In this document: positions 60,601 through 64,000 of the stretch, piece after piece
Numbering within the stretch: position 1 is the first letter of the stretch
Layout of the letters: each line of letters begins with the position of its first letter
Source: Isurus oxyrinchus
Lineage: Eukaryota
Direction: 5' to 3'
NCBI GenBank assembly: GCA_026770705.1
Contig: JANJGN010000323.1
Location: forward strand, 372,001-436,000
Length of the DNA: 64,000 nucleotides
Translations under genes and position numbers: made by a program
Notes under the pieces: model-generated
The model's input: the letters and a program-made list of their open reading frames with translations, nothing else
Database searches by the model: none
Told to the model about the DNA's origin: nothing

Positions 60601-61488
60601 TCTCAAAGGCAAATGGAGATGGGCAACAAATACTGGCCTAGTCAGCGACACCAACATCCCTGAAATGAATAAGAAAAAAATGTATCAATCAATTAAATTT
60701 ATTGATTAATCGAATCTAAATTCCTCCAGCTGCCGTGGTGGGACTTGAACCCGTACCTCCAAAGCATTCACCTGGGCCTCTGGATCACTGGCCTAGTGCC
60801 ATTCCCATTGTGCGACTGTCTGCTATCATCATGGCTCTTTCACATCGATGTGGAAGTCCTGATAACAGAAGCATTGGACGAGGTACAGAAAGGTGTCAGA
60901 TCAGGAGCTCCATGGCTCAACATGAACGGATAATAAAGATAAATGAACATAAACCTTCCAGTCGCTAATTAGGGAGTCACTGTGGAGCCCATGAGTCCCT
61001 CGCAGCGCTATTGCAACCTTCTGGATCCCCAGTAGGGGACTCGGGGTGCAGCTGTGTCTTCCTCATCATTTGGAAAAGCCGGAATTGTTCGGGTGCCCCT
61101 TCAAACAGGCCGAAGATGCAGTGGGTGATGTCTCCCACAGGCCCTGGGAGACCTCCCCTGCCAATTTGTTTTGTAGCTTATTCTTCAACTGCGACATTGG
61201 ATCAGCTTGAAAAAGGGTGGGTCTGAGGCAATACCACCAGGTAAGCTTCTATCCCCTCCCACTTCACCCCCCCCCCCCACCCCCGTAACCATCACAGTCC
61301 CTCCCATCGTGCTGGAGGAGCATAATGTGCATGGACTCAATGGGCTGAATGGGCTCCCACTGTGCTGGAATGCCTCTCTGATACGAAGGTGATTCTAACC
61401 AGGACACTGACCAGTTTCATTACAACTTAACCCAACATCACACGTTATTTGTCCGCACTGACTGACCAGATTGTTGCTGTACAAAGCT

Positions 61489-64000
61489 TCAAACAGTCTG
61501 TCGACTTGCTTTCACTGTTTGTCTCTCCCAGACACAGACTCCAGCGATAGTGATAACCACAGCCACAAGGAATATCACAGCTCGTATTCCCAGGATCAGG
61601 ATCACGTGCAGAATCTCTCCTCCACTGTCTAGAGAACACACAGAAAGAAATCATCACTGACTCTCCGCTTTCAATCTCTCACTCTGGCTGAACAATCAAG
61701 CTTCATATCACTGCAACATTTGCTGTAATATTGACCCATCCACTGGGATTCAATGTGGAATGAATGTTTTCATTGTAAACACTCTAAGAGTGGACAATCG
61801 GAACTTTCCCCTTAGCGTGGAACATTGGTGAGAATGGATCATTGTGCTGTTGGACTCCCTGTCCAATGTTTCTCCCAATCGTTGTGTACAGGATTGTGCT
61901 GTAGAAAATTCTGGAAACGTTTAGTGCAGGGTGGAAATCCATCTCGGACGCGTGTACGAATCGGGCAGGATCGAGATGGACTCCCCCACGGACTTACAGG
62001 CCTCACTTAATAAACAGTTCCAATCTTTACCCAGAGAGAGGGGAGAATGTGGAACTCGCTCCCACAGGGAGTGGTTGAGGTGAACAGTATCAATGTACTT
62101 AAGGGGCAGGAGGCTCGGTAACCAGAGGGACACAGATTGACGAACCGGAGGGGGAGATGAGGAGAATTTGTTTTGACAGAGCGAGTTGTTGTGATCTGGA
62201 AGGTGCTGCCTGAAAGGGCGGTGGAAGCAGATTCAATAGGAACTTTCAAAAGGGAAATTGGATAAATACTTAAAGGAGGAAGATGGTGGCAAATTGGAAT
62301 GGTGGTTATTGGATCTGATTGGATAGAACATTGAAAGACCTGGCACAGGCACAATGGACTGAATGGCCTCCTCCTGTGCTGTATCATTCTCCGTTTCCAT
62401 GATCTCTCCCCCAGTCAGTAACGACTCCAGATCCCTCTTGAAGGCGACAGAGAATCAGCAACCACCACACCCACTGACAGCACATTCCTGAGGATCACTA
62501 CTCTTTGGGAAAAGATGAACTCCCCAACATCCAGCCTATTCCTGCTTCCCAGAGAGTGTAAACCCTTCAGGGAGGCACTGAGGAAGTTTTCAATAAAATG
62601 ACATCAAATCTACCGTTTGAGAAATAATTGAATTCCAATGAACTCACAGCTTGTGGAGCAAACTGGGAAGTGGAGTTGCTTGAAAAGCTGGGAAACACAA
62701 GGATTAAGTGCTACAATGCCACCACTGGTAGGAGAATGTAACTACAGCGTGATGTTTACATAGGCAATTCCCATTATGAACAAGGACATTGGACATCATG
62801 TGAAATATGGGCACTGGAAAGGTGAGAACATGATGTAAGCTTTTCACCAACAGGAATTCTCCTCCTAAACCTCTCCACCTCTCTCTTACTCTCAAATACA
62901 CAAAGAAAATCACACAAATCAGATAAGGAGGATTTGGGACCGGTGATTGTTCGAAGGGTGAGCTTTCAGGAAGCTTCTTAAAGGGAGAGAGAGAGTTGGA
63001 GAGGCAGAGAGTATCTGTGAGTGTCTCTATGCATCTGACTGTCTGTAATAGACTTTGTAATTTCCATATTCTTGCATAAATATGAATGGGAACACAAATC
63101 CCAGAATTCAGGCCAACTCTCCAGGGCAGTACTGAGGGAGGTCAGGTCGCCCACAGGGGAGTGTGTGTTAGTGTGTTTGTGTGTGAGTGTGTCTTTCTGT
63201 GTGGTCATATATGTGTGTCTGCATGTGTCTACTTAGATGTGTATGTTTGAGGGTGTTTGTGTCGTGTTCGAATCTGCGAGAGATGTTGAAGTCTGTGTAC
63301 ACTCACGTTCCACAGTGATGGTTATGAATCCCTCCACTGCTCCATGTTCATTCTCTGCCACACAATGATGTCTCCAGTGTCCCTGGATGTAATGTGAGGA
63401 ATCACCAACCACAGCTCATTGTTGGAAGTTGTTCTGTTCATTGGGACATTAAGATGTCAGGGCAGGAATCAAGAAGCCCGTTCACAGGATTACCAACAGA
63501 AAGTGAACAACAATTTATACTTAATGGGAAGAGAGTGCTGATTGGTTGACAAGTGGTCTCTGATAGGTGGAGGTGTTGCCATGGAGAATGGTGTGTGCGA
63601 GATGTAAAGTTTAGACAGCTTGTCTCTTCATTCAGCAATAATCAAATAAAGATCAATTAACTTCTATCGACTTTGAAGCACTTAGAGAGGCCTTAGAATG
63701 TGGATACTGAGAATGGGCTGCACTGTCAGAGGGTCAGTGCTGAGGGAGTGCTGATGTAGCATGAAAGGTGTATGTAATTACCTTGCACAGTTAGTACGAG
63801 GGTCCGCTCCGATGAAACAGATGGATATCTCACTCTGCAGCTGAGAGTGTGTCCGTGGTGTTTGAGTGATGGGATCAGGGTCAGAACAGAAGTATAGGTC
63901 AGAGTGACACCATGCTGAGTTACAGTGTATGAGACTGATCCAGGGACGTCAGTGGGAGTGTCCCAGGTTAAGACAGGTGCTGCTGTTCCATTGCACGTTG
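61489..64000 (-). CDS. Gene D (partial): inverted paralog of gene B; C2 exon >64000-63782, TM/tail exon 61628-61489
   Basis: Reverse complement matches 22920-25583. C2 exon open (…TCNGTAAPVLTW…LVLTVQ, G|gtaatt); TM Arg codon at 61582-61584; tail KASRQTV*. The 5' exons lie outside the window. Confidence 0.75.
63307..63458 (-). pseudogene. Stalk Ig half-exon remnant in gene D
   Basis: Same 5' truncation as in B plus a 1-nt deletion (GAGACATCA vs GAGACTATCA). Confidence 0.8.

Overview
Vertebrate genomic DNA, almost certainly from a cartilaginous fish (shark-type CR1 LINEs, Deu-domain SINEs, a 33-bp SINE-derived minisatellite). The window holds a recently duplicated cluster of Siglec-like (I-type lectin) Ig-superfamily genes. 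The V-set domains have the Siglec cysteine pattern (SCVQIPC...DCSL, no F-strand Cys) and the essential Arg in YFFRI, followed by a Siglec-type C2 domain. Near-identical front ends are joined to different signalling back ends. Gene A (+, 2.7-14.2/16.7 kb) is a pseudogene (V-exon stop, dead splice donor) followed by exons for a tail with three YxN motifs. Gene B (+, 20.3-25.4 kb) is an intact ~281-aa two-Ig receptor with a transmembrane Arg and a short Tyr-free tail, i.e. activating-type. Gene C (+, 29.3-43.4 kb) is an intact ~972-aa receptor with a tandemly amplified, heavily N-glycosylated Ig stalk and an ITIM+ITSM tail, i.e. inhibitory-type. Gene D (-, 61.5 kb to beyond the window end) is an inverted copy of B. 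B and C are homogenised from promoter to C2 exon, the hallmark of paired activating/inhibitory receptors. The rest is LINEs (CR1/L2, RTE), a Penelope fragment, solo-LTR-like inserts, SINEs, mini/microsatellites and five N gaps. All exon structures were inferred by eye from splice sites and phase; none has expression evidence here.
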